Below are positions 26,085-39,448 of a DNA stretch of 64,000 nucleotides, piece after piece (positions within the stretch are counted from its first letter, which is position 1; each line of letters opens with the position of its first letter). Both the position numbers and the translations under genes were made by a program. The stretch is from Camelus ferus (lineage: Eukaryota): NCBI RefSeq assembly GCF_009834535.1, contig NC_045696.1, positions 51,338,001-51,402,000 of the forward strand. Reading direction: 5' to 3'. The notes under the pieces are model-generated. The model did not search any database. It saw only the letters and a list, made by a program, of their open reading frames with translations, and was not told the origin of the DNA.

Positions 26085-26690
26085 TCTGAATCAATCTCCT
26101 TTCTCCATCTCCAGTGCTACCAACCACCTGAGACCAAGTGCCATTTCTGCCCACACAGACCACTGCAACAGTCTCCCACCGATCTTCCTTTCCTTCTTTT
26201 TCCCCTATAATCCATTCTTCATATATTTAAAAAACTATTACACTTCTGCTTAAAACCCTTCAATGATGTCTAACCATACTCAGAATAAAATCTAAATTCT
26301 TTCCCCAGGCCTACAAGCCCCCGTGTGCCATGTCTAGGCTCACTCCTGTAAGCTCATCTCCAGTGGGAAGCTCCAGCAACACTGGTCTTCCGTCAGTTCC
26401 TCAAGCACACCAAGCTTCGACTTTAACTCTTTTTGCCACCTTTCCCACTGCCTGGGATGCTTTTCCTCCATCACAGCTCACCTGACTCCTTTCTGTTATT
26501 CAGGTCCAAACTCGGATGACTTACGACTGCCTGCTCCTTCGTTTTTCATTTTCTTTATTCCCACTCTAGAATGTATACTTCATGAAGGCAAGGACTTGGT
26601 CTCCTGCTCATCATACCCTGTTCCTTCAGTGCCTAAAACAGTACCTGGCACAGACTAATAATTTAATATATATGCTGAATAAATGAAGAA
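26085..26690 (+). mobile_element. L2 fragment
   Basis: Pyrimidine-rich body ending in CAGTGCCTAAAACAGTACCTGGCACAG...TGAATAAATGAA. Confidence 0.72.
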
Positions 26691-27282
26691 ATAATCTGAA
26701 TAACTGGAGACATAAATAATCCAAATGGAAAATGGCTTCTGACTTTCCTCCAACCTCAGGGGCCTCTCCTTTCCAGGCTTCTTTGCTGGTCCCTTCTGAT
26801 CTCTTCATCCCTAAATGGTGGAGTTCCTTAGGGCATCAGTAACTAAAATACTCAATTCCAGAGGAGCAAATGCTTTAGGGACGCAGAGAGGTGAGGTCAG
26901 CTTTAGACTCTCTTCATAAGGAACAAAGGTGATTTATAAACTAGTGGTCAAATTAACTGTATGATACTAGATCAAGTTAACACACTGCCCTCTGTGCCAC
27001 AGGACTAATATCTATACTAACTAGTTAACTATGTTATGTCAAAACTGCCTCTGGATGTGGTTCTATTTCAAGAGACAAAATGGGCCTTGAATACAGCTGT
27101 ACTTATGATACTGGAGTTAATTCCAGAGTAAATTAGCTTCAGGAAGTAGAAAGAAACAAAAATTAAGAACAAGAGAAAAAAACGCTTTCATTCTGTACTC
27201 TGGAATACATTATGATTTACGCTTTAGTAAGCTGTACTCCAAAGACTTGCTAACATCGTAGCGAAAAACGTATTCTCCCTAC

Positions 27283-27424
27283 CTTCTGCGTAGACTTCAT
27301 CGTAATCCTCTATTTGCTCAGGTGTTTCCAAATCTACGATTTGGTCCCAAAGCCTTCTGGATAAATCTGAATTTCCAGCAGAAAATGCTTTCGAAACTGC
27401 AAATTCTGACGCTTTCTCAACTCT
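27283..27424 (-). CDS. CCDC191: CCDC191 coding exon 3 (RVEKASEFAVS...DEVYAE)
   Basis: Within ORF 27224..27457; AG/GT boundaries; 142 nt, ends in phase 1. Confidence 0.93.
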
Positions 27425-28059
27425 CTTCAATATGACAGGAAAAAAGAAAAAAGCCACTAAGACAACTTTCTTCAGGGTTAGAGAATTTTTCCCTTATTCA
27501 AGAATCTACTTTTCTACCAACCACCAAGACACGTTCAGTTTTTCATTTTTAAAGGAACTCTGATGTTGAAACATCCATCCCTAAACAATTTCATTCATTA
27601 AACATGAAATTAATTATAGTATTTAACCAACTTTTAACAGGTGTCCACAATGTTTATATTTAAACAAAAAGCTATTTAAGCTTTAGATAACTTCTGTTTA
27701 GAGCATTAGTAATGGGTTCCTGACACCCTGGATATTTTATTTTAAAAAAATATATAATATTAGTTTCCATGCCACTAGGACTTGCATATGAATGTGAACC
27801 AGAGGCAGGTAGCTACACTTCCTCAAATTACTACCCCTGAAAGGAATTTCCCATTGTGTATTAGGCAAACTGTAGGCTCAATAAAATTAGGATAAACAGA
27901 GTCATCGAACGTAGTCATCCAGAATATTTTAACTCAACAGTGAGAATATAGTAGAAACATGGCCAAATTCATGGCTGGGGAAGGGATTGGCAAAGGTGGG
28001 AAAACTCTTGGCATTCTGGTTTACCTGCGCAGTATTTAAAAATGTATTTTACAAGTAAC

Positions 28060-28915
28060 CTCCCTGGCTTTGCCACTCCCCACAAATCAGCTTTTCTCCA
28101 GGCCTGCTGTGTTCACAGTTTTCCAACTCAGGTAATGACAACTCTATTCTTTCAGTTGCTCAGGATGAAAACCTTGGAGTCCTTCTTGAATCTACTCTCT
28201 GTTACTCCACATATAATCTGTCAGGAAATCTGTTGACTCTAATTTCAAAATATATCCAGAAGCTGACCCCTTCTTGTTACCTCCACTGCCATCACCCTGG
28301 TCCAAGGCACCACCCTTCCTGACAGGTTTTCTGGAATAGCCTCGTACCACAGCAGCCAGAGAAACCCCTTTAAAATGAAAGCCGTCTCATGTTAACTCCA
28401 CTTAAACAGAGTTCCCTATCTCCCTCAGAATAAAAACTGAAGTTCTTCCACAGTGCTTCATGGTCCTGCACCATCAGGCCTCATGTGGGCTCTCCAACTT
28501 CGCCTGCTGCTCCTCCCGCTGCCCACTCCTCTTTGGCCACACTGAACTCCTTGTTCATTCCTCCTCAAAGATGACAAGTGTGGTTCCACCTCAGGCCTCT
28601 GTGCTTTCCTCCCCTCTGCTGACTGCTCTCCCCCTCACCTTCTCAAGTCTTTACTCATATGTCACCTTCGCAGGAAGGCCTTCTCTGACTATCCCATAGG
28701 GAAGTGTAAGCATCCTCCTCCTGGCTCTCCCCTGTTCCCCTCCTCGGTTCTGACTTCCACTACAGCACTTATGACCTTATAATGTATTTTATTGGTTATT
28801 GTCTCCCTTAATGAGAACGTAAGCAGGGATTTTTGTCTTCTTCATAAGTGAAACCCCTAGCACCTAGAACAGTGCTCGGCAACAGATGCCCCATAAATAT
28901 TTGTTAAAGAATGAA
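28060..28915 (+). mobile_element. L2 fragment
   Basis: L2 body and 3' end CCTAGCACCTAGAACAGTGCTCGGCA...AAATATTTGTTAAAGAATGAAT. Confidence 0.78.
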
Positions 28916-30472
28916 TACGTAAAAGATTTATTTTAAAAAAGCTGCACTTTCCCGTAATTTATATTGTTGCCTGATCTATTTTGAGAATGATTTTTCCTCT
29001 TGTCCTCTGTGGAAAGACTGGGAGTACAACTGTCAAGACTTGCCAAGGGCTTTATCTTTTAAACTCTCAAAGGTTTCATATATTAAGTTTGAATCAGACA
29101 GAAGCAGAGGAATAAAGTTGTAAAATCAAGGGTAACTTGAAAAATACGTAGAAAATAGAACATATGTGAAAAGCTACAAATGAGAAGAAGGCATGATACA
29201 ATCAGGGTCAGGAAAATTTCATTCATTCTTTATGAAGTCACTCAGATTTATTCTCTCTCGGTCTCTGATGTGCCCAAATCTATGCTGGTGGTATATGTCC
29301 TTTATTGGATGGTCACAGTATGCTAGGTACACAGTCCTTCCCTTTAAGGTTCTTAAATTCTAAGGCAAAAAAAAAAATGACATATGTTGTATGTGTTTGT
29401 ATGTATGTACATATATATATATATAAAAATATCTATTTGTAACTAATGTACAGATAATCAACTCTAATTTTTTAAATCAATCCCCACAAACAAAAAATTA
29501 ACAACAAAAACAAGATTGTAGACTTAGCTCCTCAGGATATGGGTGAAAGAAATGACTTCACATGATACATCATCTCACCTGAGTTGGAATTTGTGCAGAT
29601 TTTAACAAAGGAGGTAGAGAGCTTGGAGACATGAGAAGGAAGGTTGATCTGGATCCTAGTGAAGGACAGAGACTGGTACAGATAAGTCAGGGAGTAACAA
29701 AAAATGTCTGCTTGGCTCTAATAGAGCAAGTGCTTGGGATATCACTTAAAATGAAGATTTGGGGAAAAAATACTAGATGATAGTAAGGATTAGAAATAAT
29801 CTCTATTTCCTTGTTTTAAAATATTATATCCTTACAATATTTTTTTCAATTTAAATACACAGGAGACAGGAGAGGGCTCACGTGTCTATTTAAGAACTTA
29901 TTCTTTAGATAAGTTGACTGAGGGTCGTTCTATTCCCAGGTCTGTGGGCACTAAGCGGAAAACAAAAGTAAAAGTTCTGTTTTCAAAGTTCACTTTAGTT
30001 TTGGTTTCATATACCATGTGTGCAGCAAACAACTCAAGAATGGTCTTAAAGCAATATAAGATGATTTTTTAAAAAACTGAGTATCTTCAAAATTTATTAC
30101 TCAGTAACTATGCTATACAGAAGTATATAATTTATAAAGGAGCTTTCCTGGCATTCCTGTGACCTTAGAAACGCTTACTACGTGCTCCTCATGTCCCCCA
30201 GCACACATCATGACCCACTGGGGGCCTTTGGAACCTGCTGCCGCCAGTGCAGAAAGAGTAGCTACACGCTCTCCTCCACCTCCTCAGGGCCAGCAGGTAC
30301 AAACACGAGTTCCTTGGCACATCACTATATAATAGTTCTGTGAGCAATATATTTTTTGAAAGTACTCAATTCTTTCTTATTCACCCTGGATGTAAGCAAA
30401 TGCTTGATGCTGTATCTGTGTATATGAATGCCAAAATAGCTCCAAGGAAAAGAGTATTAGAAGATGGGATTA

Positions 30473-31466
30473 AAGCCAGAAAAAGATATCACAAAAAAAG
30501 AAAATTACAGGCCAATATCACTGATGAACATGCGTGTAAAAATCCTCAACAATCCAATTTAAAGATGAGTGGAAGACTTGAACAACATTTTTCCAAAGAA
30601 GACACACAGATGGCCAACAGGCATATGTAAAGAGCTCAGTATCATTAACCATCAGAGATATGCAATTAAAACCACAATGAGGTATCACTCACACCTATCA
30701 GAATGGCTATCATCAAAAGGACCACAAATAATAAATGCTGGCAAGGACGTGGAGAAAAAGGAACCCTCGTATGCTGTTGGTGGGAATATAAATTGGTGTA
30801 GCCATTGTAGAAAACAGTAGGGAGATTTCTCAGAAAACTTAAAATAGAACTACCATATGATCCAGCAATTGCACTCCTAGATATGTATCTGAAAAAATGA
30901 AAACACTAAGTCAAAAAGGTACACACACTGCAATTTTCATAACAGCATTATGTGTAATTGCCAAGATATGGAAGCAACCTAACTGTCCATCAACAGAGGA
31001 ATGGATAAAGATGTGTACATATATAATAGAATACTACTCAGTCACAAAGAAGAATGAAATTTTGCCATTTGCAAAACATGGATGAACTTGGAGGATATAA
31101 TACTAAGTGAAATAAGTCAGGCAGAGAAAGATCAATACTGTATGACTCACTTAAATGTGGAATCTAAAAAATAAAACAAACTAGTAAATATACCAAAAAG
31201 GAAACAGACTCACAAATATAGAGAATGAAATAGTGGTTATCTGTGGGGAAAGGGAAGGGGAGAGGGGCAAGATAGGGGCAGGAGATTAAGAGGTATGAAC
31301 CATTATGTATAAAATAAGCTACAAGGATATATTGTGCAACACAGGGAATAGATCCAGTATTTCAGAATAACTATAAATGGAGTATAACCTTTAGAAATTG
31401 TGAATCACTATGTTGTACACCTGTAACCTATGTAATGTTACATCAACTACATCTCAATTAAAAAAA
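30473..31466 (+). mobile_element. LINE-1 insertion with 14-bp TSD and an internal deletion
   Basis: AGAAGATGGGATTA at 30459-30472 and 31467-31480; ORF2 remnants, 3'UTR and A tail. Confidence 0.92.
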
Positions 31467-33799
31467 AGAAGATGGGATTAGGTGGTTGAGGGGTTCACTG
31501 AGGGGGGCATCTCAAGCTGAGCTTTAAGGGAAGGATCTGGATTGGCCTCTGAGAGAGGCTGGGGATCAGCATGAATCAAAGTAAAAGGAAGACTTGTCTG
31601 TTAGAGGGGAAGGAGATTGGCCTGAGAGGAGTCATGCAGCGTATCAGTAAAAGGGCTGTTATAGGTAGACTGATGTTACAGGTAGATTGATAGAGGACCT
31701 TCAATGCCCATTTGGAATTTATGGAGTTTCCTCTGATGGCAGGCAGAATCACTGAAGGTTCAAGAGTAGAGAACTGACACAATGGAAATGTTTAGAAAGC
31801 TCAAAGTGGCAGAATACACTGGACCAGAAAGTCAAGTCAGTCTATCAAATCAGGATGAAGATGAATTGTAAATCACGGTAGACTACTGCATTTGGATGAC
31901 CTGCCGCAAGACTTAGAGTTCTATCAAGATCTGCCTGAGTCTAAATAACTTCAACATCCCTGAGGATGACTCACCGACATTTCAGCCTCAAGGTTTTCTT
32001 GATCTCTTGTATGCCAACAGCCTTCCCCTCAACTGTGCTTCAGCAACCCACTGACATGGTCATCCTGATCCAGGTCCCCCAGAAAATTTTCCATCGTTCA
32101 AACCAGATGCTGATAACCTCCTCTCCAACATCAACCTCCTACCCATCTCCCTCTTTCATTCTTCCTAATCCACACATTAGCGGTGTACCTAATCAAGTCC
32201 TCTAGTCACCATATGCCTTCTCCTTCTCCCAACCTATGAGTCCTTTACAGGGTGCCTTTCCTTCACTACTCTGTGTGGATACTCAGTTACTTTCCTACAT
32301 AAGCCTCAAATCTCTTGTTCCTTTGCCTCTCCAATGAAAACCTTCAAGCCTGGACCAATCTGATCTACCAGTTCTTGGTACCACAAAAAATTATGGTTAT
32401 CTGCTTCAGCCAAGTACCCAGTGACCTTCCTTTTCTGTCCTGAAGAAAGCCCTTTCTCAACCTTCACCATGTTCCACATCCTTTCCATGTATGTCCCTCT
32501 CTTCCACTTGAGTGGTCTATTCAAGTGGATTTGGAAGTCTTAGGTCTAGAGGCTATAACTGTTTAGGGTAGACCTGGAGTTGGGATTTATTATGAAACAA
32601 AGTCAGAAAAGAAGAGAGAAGTGAACAGAAGAGAAGCAAGAGGAAAGAGTGTTAGAAGAAGACAATGGAGGAGAGGGTTTCTAGGATAAAAAAGTGATAG
32701 CTGTTATCAAACAAACTAAAAAGTTTGAGGGCAAAGAAGAGACCACTAGATTTGGTCAGGAAGTCATTTATGACAACTTTCTGTGGAGTGGTAAGAAATG
32801 GAAACCGAAGGAAAATAATTGTGGACACAAGAGGGTAATAACAAATACAAGGGCAAGGAGTCCAGGCTGTATATCCAAAGACACTGGAAAAGAAAAAGAA
32901 ATAGTATGGCTATCAGAATGGACTGTGGATGAAATGAGGACTTGCTGATTTTTTTTAAGAAAGGAAAGTTTGAGAGTATAATGAAGAAAGAGCTACTGCA
33001 GAAGTTTTAGAGGAATGATAAAAGAAATGAGAAAAAGCTAACCAAGTCAAGCTGGCTGTCAACTGCATGAAAGAGGAAAATGGTGCAGACAAGTCAGAGC
33101 AGAATTTTTTCCTTGTTTTACCTAAATCTTCCACTCTGGAGGAGCCAGGAACTAAACGTACAGTTAAGCCTCACAGGGGCTTGGCACTGGGACTTTCAAC
33201 ACTGACATGCAAGCTAAGCCTAAAGGAGGCTGAGGAGTGGGCTTCCCAGAGGTAGCATCAAGGATGGTGGACCCATCTTACTGCCTTCTAAGTCAGGCTT
33301 TCTGCAGGAGCCAGGAAGCTTCCCTGGCCCCATCTAAATGAGAGCCCCCGACCATGTGCTTCCATTACATCCTTAATTCTCTCAACAGTTTAAACTAAGT
33401 TATTTAGCCCACACTGGACTATAAACTCTGGGAAGGCAGAAACTGTACCTGTCCCCTGCACTCTTTTACCTCCAGTGCCCAACACAGTGAGCTAAGACTT
33501 AGTAAGAACTTTATAAATAGTGGCTGGGTGAAAAAATGGTTAACAATGATTATATCCAGTCTAGGTTCCATCTGGCCTGATGCTCACAATGCCTGTCAAT
33601 TTACATAAGTAACAGATCTTCAAAATACTATCAGGCTGAAGGATATTTCCTTAGGAAAATACTGCATGATTTTGAAACACGTGGTACACAAATGAATTGA
33701 GTATAGCAAGTTGCCAAAATGACACTCAGAGGTATGCACCTGAAGTGGTTTAACAGTACTTTCAACTTAAATGGTACTTGGACTCAAAAGTATACATCT

Positions 33800-34110
33800 C
33801 AGGCCTAGAAGAGGCCTCAGAGGTTATCTAACCCAATCCCCCCTTCACTAAGTGCTCAGATACTACTCCTCATTAGCCCTAACAAGTGACCGTTTAGAAT
33901 CCATTTGAATACCTCCAGTGATAGAAAATACACCTCTGTAAGACTGCCTGCTCCATCCTAGGGTTGCTCTAGTCATTAGAAGATTCTTACTTGTGATGCA
34001 TGTGTAACTTTTACCTATTGTATTGGTCCCACAGGTCAATGTAACTATAGTACAGTCTTTCCAGTTATCTGAGGAAGGCCACAATGTCTTCTCCTAAGGC
34101 TTGTCCTCCC
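33800..34110 (-). mobile_element. L3/CR1-like fragment
   Basis: CTAGAAGAGGCCTCAGAGGTTATCTAACCCAA and CTAGTCATTAGAAGATTCTTACT resemble the reverse CR1 3' end. Confidence 0.45.
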
Positions 34111-34366
34111 CTCCTCCTTTAATCCTCTTCAGGTGATCCTCATGGCATTTGAGAGAGATGTCTACACCTGTTCTGTCACTCACACTTTCATAAGAATTAC
34201 CATATCACGAAAAAATACTAAGTATAAAACTGAGGCAACTTATACAGTCACATGGGAATGAAAATAGCGAAGTATGTGCAAAATGGAGACCTCTTAGTAT
34301 TCCTATTCCATCTGATTATGTTTGACTCTAAATTCTCTTTCTATCTTAATTACGAAATATCCTTAC

Positions 34367-34405
34367 CTTAATCCAGTGTTCCACATTATCAGGATCAAAC
34401 ACAGG
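34367..34405 (-). CDS. CCDC191: CCDC191 coding exon 2 (PVFDPDNVEHWIK)
   Basis: 39 nt, acceptor CAG|, donor |GTAAGG. Matches recalled human PTFGPDSVEHWIK; phases fit. Confidence 0.9.
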
Positions 34406-36500
34406 CTGTAGAAAATATACACAAAATATGAGTACACAGCAGTATATTTATCAACTTTGCCATTTTAATCTGGCCTTCTGATTAAAGCACATAGACAAGT
34501 GTCCTTTAGTCTTTCTCCAAAGCATTTCATTAGAAAGTTCAGCAAAAAAGAATACAGAATGCCAACGGGAGGAAGAAACATGAAGGCTTCTCTGGAACAT
34601 CTTCTGACTGTTTTTATCTCTTACCTAGGCCTATCTTGAGATTCTGATTAAACTGGTCTGGGGTAGGGCCCATGCATCAGTATTTTTTAAAGCTCCCCAG
34701 GGTTGAGAGCCAAGATAGAGGAGTGCTGCATATAATAATCCTTATAAAAACCTAAGCATCACTGATTAATTAGCCAGATCTTTCAAGTGTTAGGGAAGTA
34801 AATCTGCTTGGAGAAAGGTATGCACCTGTCCTCAGGCTCATCTTCTCAGGAATAATCTGTATTTACTTACAGCAGGGAGACCATTTGGTTCAATAAGAAC
34901 TGGGGGGTGGAGTGAGTGATAACCAATTTCCCACTGTTTTACAAAGCAGAAAATGAGGCAGAAATCACATAAATTTCCACTCAGGTCAGTCAAATATTAA
35001 TCTGAAATTAGAAATCAGATTAGTAGGATACCTCTTTTCTTCACTTTCTGTAACTTTTAGATGTTTGCAGAATTCCCTCTAATAGTCACTTAACAAATAG
35101 AGGTATTTGCTTTGCTAATAATTCAGGTAGGTTTTTAAGTAAATAAGGGGTTATCTAAACTAGCAACTGACACGTGGAGGAGGGAAAGGTATTATACTCT
35201 CACTTACATAACACTTCCCTTCAAAGAACTAATTAACCCAGCTGTACTGCTGAATAATTTTGTCACTGCAACAAAGAAACAGCTGATCCTGTTAAAGCAC
35301 AATCGAACTTCAAGGCTCTTGTGATTTTACCTTTTTATCCTCTAGGCAGTAACAATGAGCAGTAGCAGCAAAAAAAAATCGTCCATTTGGGGTCCCAAAA
35401 ATTGTCCCCAATTTTTATCTTTCATCATCAAGTTTATACCCGTAACTCATTATGGATCCAGTCCATTATGGAACCTGGACAATAGGAGCAGACTGTTTCC
35501 AAGTCTCTCTAGTGGTCCAGTCTGCACCCTCCAGCATCTGGAACAAGATATTCCCCAAGTGGAGTATGTCCAGTGCATTATTTAGCTGGTATACTTAGAA
35601 TAAACTGCAAGCACAATTGCCCAGGGAACTCAAAAAAGGTCATATGTGTGTACATATATATATTTAAGAAAGTGTAACTTAAGAGTGAAAACAGCTGTGA
35701 AGCTGCTCTGGCACTGAAAGGTGAGAAGCCACGCCATTTGGTACTCTCATTTACATTTAAAGCATTTATTTTTGTGTCTGTTAAAAAGGTAGTCTGTAGA
35801 AAGCACACATCGTGTGACTATGACTTTGCACATGTCATTTATATATGTTTCAAGTTTAAAGAACGGTTATCAGTTTTCCCTGTCTGTGGGTGCTAATGCA
35901 TCAAAGGAGTGACAAATATAAAGAGGCTCTGTTTTTTCAGTGTTGCTTGGAAATGAAAATAGCAAGGTTAATCAAGTATTGATATTGTCATTAACTACTT
36001 GCATTCCTGAGTTCATTTTAGATACTTTATGTAAAACTAGAAGGGAAGAGATATGAGGCAGAGGACTTAACATGAAGATCTTAGCCATCCAATAAAGTAC
36101 AGTGCCCTGTGATTTGCAAAACATAAAAAAGAAAAGAAAAGAAACCGTGTGGGAACTTCCCTAAAACCAGGAGTGGTTGGGAGATAGTTCTCGAATTCTC
36201 TTCACCAGGATGGGCATTACCAGGACTCTCCGGTTTTTGAGAAAAGCATTAGATAGAAAAAGTTCTTCCACAACGCTACCCAACAAAGCCGTAAGGTACC
36301 CAAACCCCAAAGTTTCTAGGCTCCCTTAGGGCGATGCTGGCTCTGTGTCGGTCAAGGCAGGGACGGGCCAGGTAAGGATGCCCCTTGGGGAAGGGGGAAG
36401 AGGGAAGAGGGAAGAAGAGCAGGTGGAGCCGCGGCTGGTCTCAGGGCTGGTCCCCTCCTTCCCTCCCCATCTCCACGAACTCCCGACAGGTATGGATCAC

Positions 36501-36593
36501 CTTGGTGGGACTCGTCTTCCTTGTAAACTGTTTCCAGCGATTCAAACCCGTCCTCTTCCTAGAGGAGGACCTTTCCTGGGGCGCCAGCAGCAT
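36501..36593 (-). CDS. CCDC191: CCDC191 coding exon 1 (MLLAPQERSSSRKRTGLNRWKQFTRKTSPTK)
   Basis: Manual minus-strand translation from the ATG at 36593 matches the recalled human N-terminus MLLAPQGRSFSKKRMGLNRWKRFTRK. Donor AAG|GTGATC; 93 nt, phase 0. Confidence 0.9.
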
Positions 36594-36884
36594 TTTCCAG
36601 GTTCAGGCTCGGACTTCAGGCAAAGCTGGAACAACCGCTCCTTTGCCTAGGATGCTTCCGGGACTCCCTGGGAGTTGTAGTTCCTCTGCCCACAAGGAAG
36701 GTGTATGTGGGGAGCCGCCGAACCACCACTCCCAGGAGGCTTTGCGCAGGCGGAACGAGTCCTCTTAGTTACCCATGGCAACAGCAGCGGTCTCTCCGCC
36801 TTGCAGTCGCCGGAGCTCGCTTTGCTCTTACCTTTGCCTTTTCCGGGCGCCCGGTGATGACGCAATGCTCCTTGATTGGCTCTG

Positions 36885-36994
36885 CATCGGAGGCGGTGGT
36901 CTAGGGAGTCGAGAATTCTGCAAGCCAGACACGTGGTAGCGGACGGCGAGGAGTTTGAGGGGTCTTAAGCCCAAAAAAGTTAGGAGTTTTGCAG
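36885..36994 (+). other. QTRT2: Probable non-coding first exon of QTRT2 (start approximate)
   Basis: Strong donor CAG|GTAGGT at 36994/36995 just downstream of the promoter motifs. The ATG exon has its own acceptor, so an upstream UTR exon is required. Confidence 0.5.
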
Positions 36995-37449
36995 GTAGGT
37001 GCCCCCTTTCTTCGTTGGTGTAGTGGCTGCTACGGGTGGATGAGTCGCGTGGCACCCAGACGCTTCCTGGTTGTGCTGCAGTACAGCAATTGTACTCCCG
37101 CCATGTCTCTTTCCCTCTTCTGGGTCTCCTGGTGGATTCTGGCTTCTGTAAAAAATAGATTCTCCCAAATCGTGTGAGCTTCATGGCATCTCTGAGAGAA
37201 AAATTCCTCCTTTCCACTGGCCTCTGCTCAAGGGTCACGTTTTCATGTGAAAGTTTTTTCTAGACTCCCAAGTCACTTAGGAGGTTAGGACCGATCTCGA
37301 ATACCTCAGCTAAGGGCTTCGTAAGATCTGGGGCCGCTGGAGATGACCCATGGAGTGAAGATAAGTCCCTCGTTATTGACTAAGCCTAGATGTTCCAGGG
37401 CACGGTCCAAGCTGGGATACATCAATTCATAAGACAAGGTAAAGATTTA

Positions 37450-37620
37450 GAGCAGGAGCTTTGGACCCAACTACTTTGTCGTTGTATGACCTTGGGCAAC
37501 TTGTTTAATAACTCTCAGGACCTTCAGTTTAGTCATCTGCAAAATGAGGGAGATAGTACCTAAATCATTGGACTGTGATAACCATTAAAAATCAATATAT
37601 GTATAGAACTCTGTTGGGAA
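37450..37620 (+). mobile_element. MIR SINE
   Basis: Core TGACCTTGGGCAACTTGTTTAA...CAGTTT...CATCTGCAAAATGAGG. Confidence 0.7.
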
Positions 37621-38129
37621 ACGTTAACTAAAGTAGTTTTGAGATTTGTGAAAATCTCAAGAGATCAGGGAAGCTGTTCCCTCAGACTATTAAAGTAATC
37701 AAAGGACCTGCTCTGTAACTTGAGTGTCCATCAGAAGGGTGATGGTTGATTAAACTGTTATGTCCAAACTATGCAATATCATGAAGTAGTTATTTTAAAA
37801 GTTAGCTCTGTGTCTCTTCTTCAGGAAGAATATTCATTGTGTATTTCTTGGAGAAAAGCAAATTGCAGAGAAGTGCTTACAGTATATTATGTTTCCATTT
37901 TTTATATTAAAAAACAACCCTCTCCCATATACAAGTATGTTTAAATGTGTGAGTTAGAGGCTGGGAGGATGGATAGATACAGAGGGGCAGATAAGGGAAA
38001 ACAAGAACAGTTATAAGAATAGTATGGCAAAATGGAAAATATGACTATAAAATTACATCTTAACAGAACAGTTAATATATAAACATTGCATATGTTAATA
38101 AACAAGATGGAACTTCAAGTAGACTACCG

Positions 38130-38345
38130 GCCTGTTAGAGCACAGCCTCTAAAGCCAGACTTCTGTTATTTAAGACCTGGCTCTGCCACTTCCCAAATTG
38201 TACTTTACTAGCCTCTGTTTCCTCATCTGTAAAATGCACATAATAATAGCATCTGTCTTAGGCTGATATGATGATAGATACTAGTGGAGTTAATATGTGA
38301 AGAATGGTACCTGATACATAGTAAATGCCCAATAAATGTTGCTAG
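38130..38345 (+). mobile_element. MIR SINE
   Basis: CTGGCTCTGCCACTT...GCCTCTGTTTCCTCATCTGTAAAATG...ATAGTAAATGCCCAATAAATGTT. Confidence 0.75.
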
Positions 38346-39350
38346 TATTGTTGTTATGTCTTTAAATAGGTGAAACTAATTTGTTAACTTTTATTGCAAT
38401 TACTGATATATTTGGACTTACTTCTACCATTTTATTTTGTATTTTCTTTTTTGGATGTGCTTTTTGGTCTCTTTTCCTGTTTCTTGCCCTTAGTTGTATT
38501 AACCAATTTTTCTTTATCTTCTCCTGCCCCTCCCCAGTGGGTTTGGAAGTTATCCATTGCAGTAATCTTTTAGTGGTTATTTAAAAATTCTTAACACACA
38601 TACTTAAAAGTTTAACATTAGCATCATCTCTCTCCTCTTCCCAAATAGCATAGGATTTTTATAATGCTCTCCTTCTGAATGATTAATCTCCTCATCTTCC
38701 GTTACTGGTTCCTAGAACTTTAGAGTCCCTCATTTCTGTGTGTCTTTCTGAGTCAGCTCAGTGCACCATATTTTTTAGGAGTCCTTCAGACTTACTTCTA
38801 TGCCATATATAAACAGTGTAGAGTGTGTATGTATGTGTGCATATTTATAAATATGTATGTACAGTTTTTCTTTCAGAAAAAATATGTTCACCTAAGCTTG
38901 CTCTTTTCCCTTAGCATATCGTGATCATTCTTCCATGACAGTCTGTAGAGAATTCATTAAGAAGCATTTAAAAATTCCTACTCTCTGGAGGGAATGGGGA
39001 GAGGGGAGAACTATGTGGCAGTGGAGGTGTCAGGACAGGTCCAATGCTGCCACACATGCAGGGAATCTTTGTTAGCCCTTGTAAAGGCACAGATCTACAT
39101 ATAGCCTGTCACTTGTCCTTCGAGTGATGAGTTTTTCCATTAACCATTATTTCCAAGTGGCTTTTCTAATGATTTTTTCTTAAGGCTCTCCCAGGAAGTG
39201 AAAGTGAATGTTGTATATTGAAAAAAGCACAACACCAGAAATCTTAGAAGAGACCCACAATGAGTGAAAGAGGAAAGAAAGGGATATGATATGAAGGCAA
39301 ATAAAAACCAGATAATATTTTGAACAGATTCAACAATTTTCAGCATTTCT

Positions 39351-39351
39351 T

Positions 39352-39386
<35 letters not shown>

Positions 39387-39448
39387 ATATATTTATTTAT
39401 TTAATATATTTAATTGAAGTATAGTCAGTTTAAATGTAGTGTCAATCT
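39351..39448 (-). mobile_element. Extremely truncated L1 3' end plus (TA)n(TG)n microsatellite, 15-bp TSD
   Basis: ATTTTCAGCATTTCT at 39336-39350 and 39449-39463; 39410-39446 is the reverse complement of the L1 terminus seen at about 10748-10785. Confidence 0.85.

Larger units (their letters stand above)
36330..37100. promoter_or_regulatory. CpG-rich bidirectional promoter shared by CCDC191 and QTRT2
   Basis: The most CpG-dense segment of the window, lying between divergent genes. Motifs: ETS CTTCCGG 36655-36661, ACTACAACTCCCAG (minus) 36668-36681, NRF1-like TGCGCAGGCG 36743-36752, X-box 36768-36782, TGACGCAA 36858-36865, reverse CCAAT 36875-36879, E-box CACGTG 36930-36935. Confidence 0.85.

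Noticed and set aside
36345..37238. Cluster of overlapping 60-136 aa ORFs on both strands
   Set aside because: Expected from GC-rich, stop-poor promoter DNA. Only the 93-nt CCDC191 exon 1 has protein-level support.
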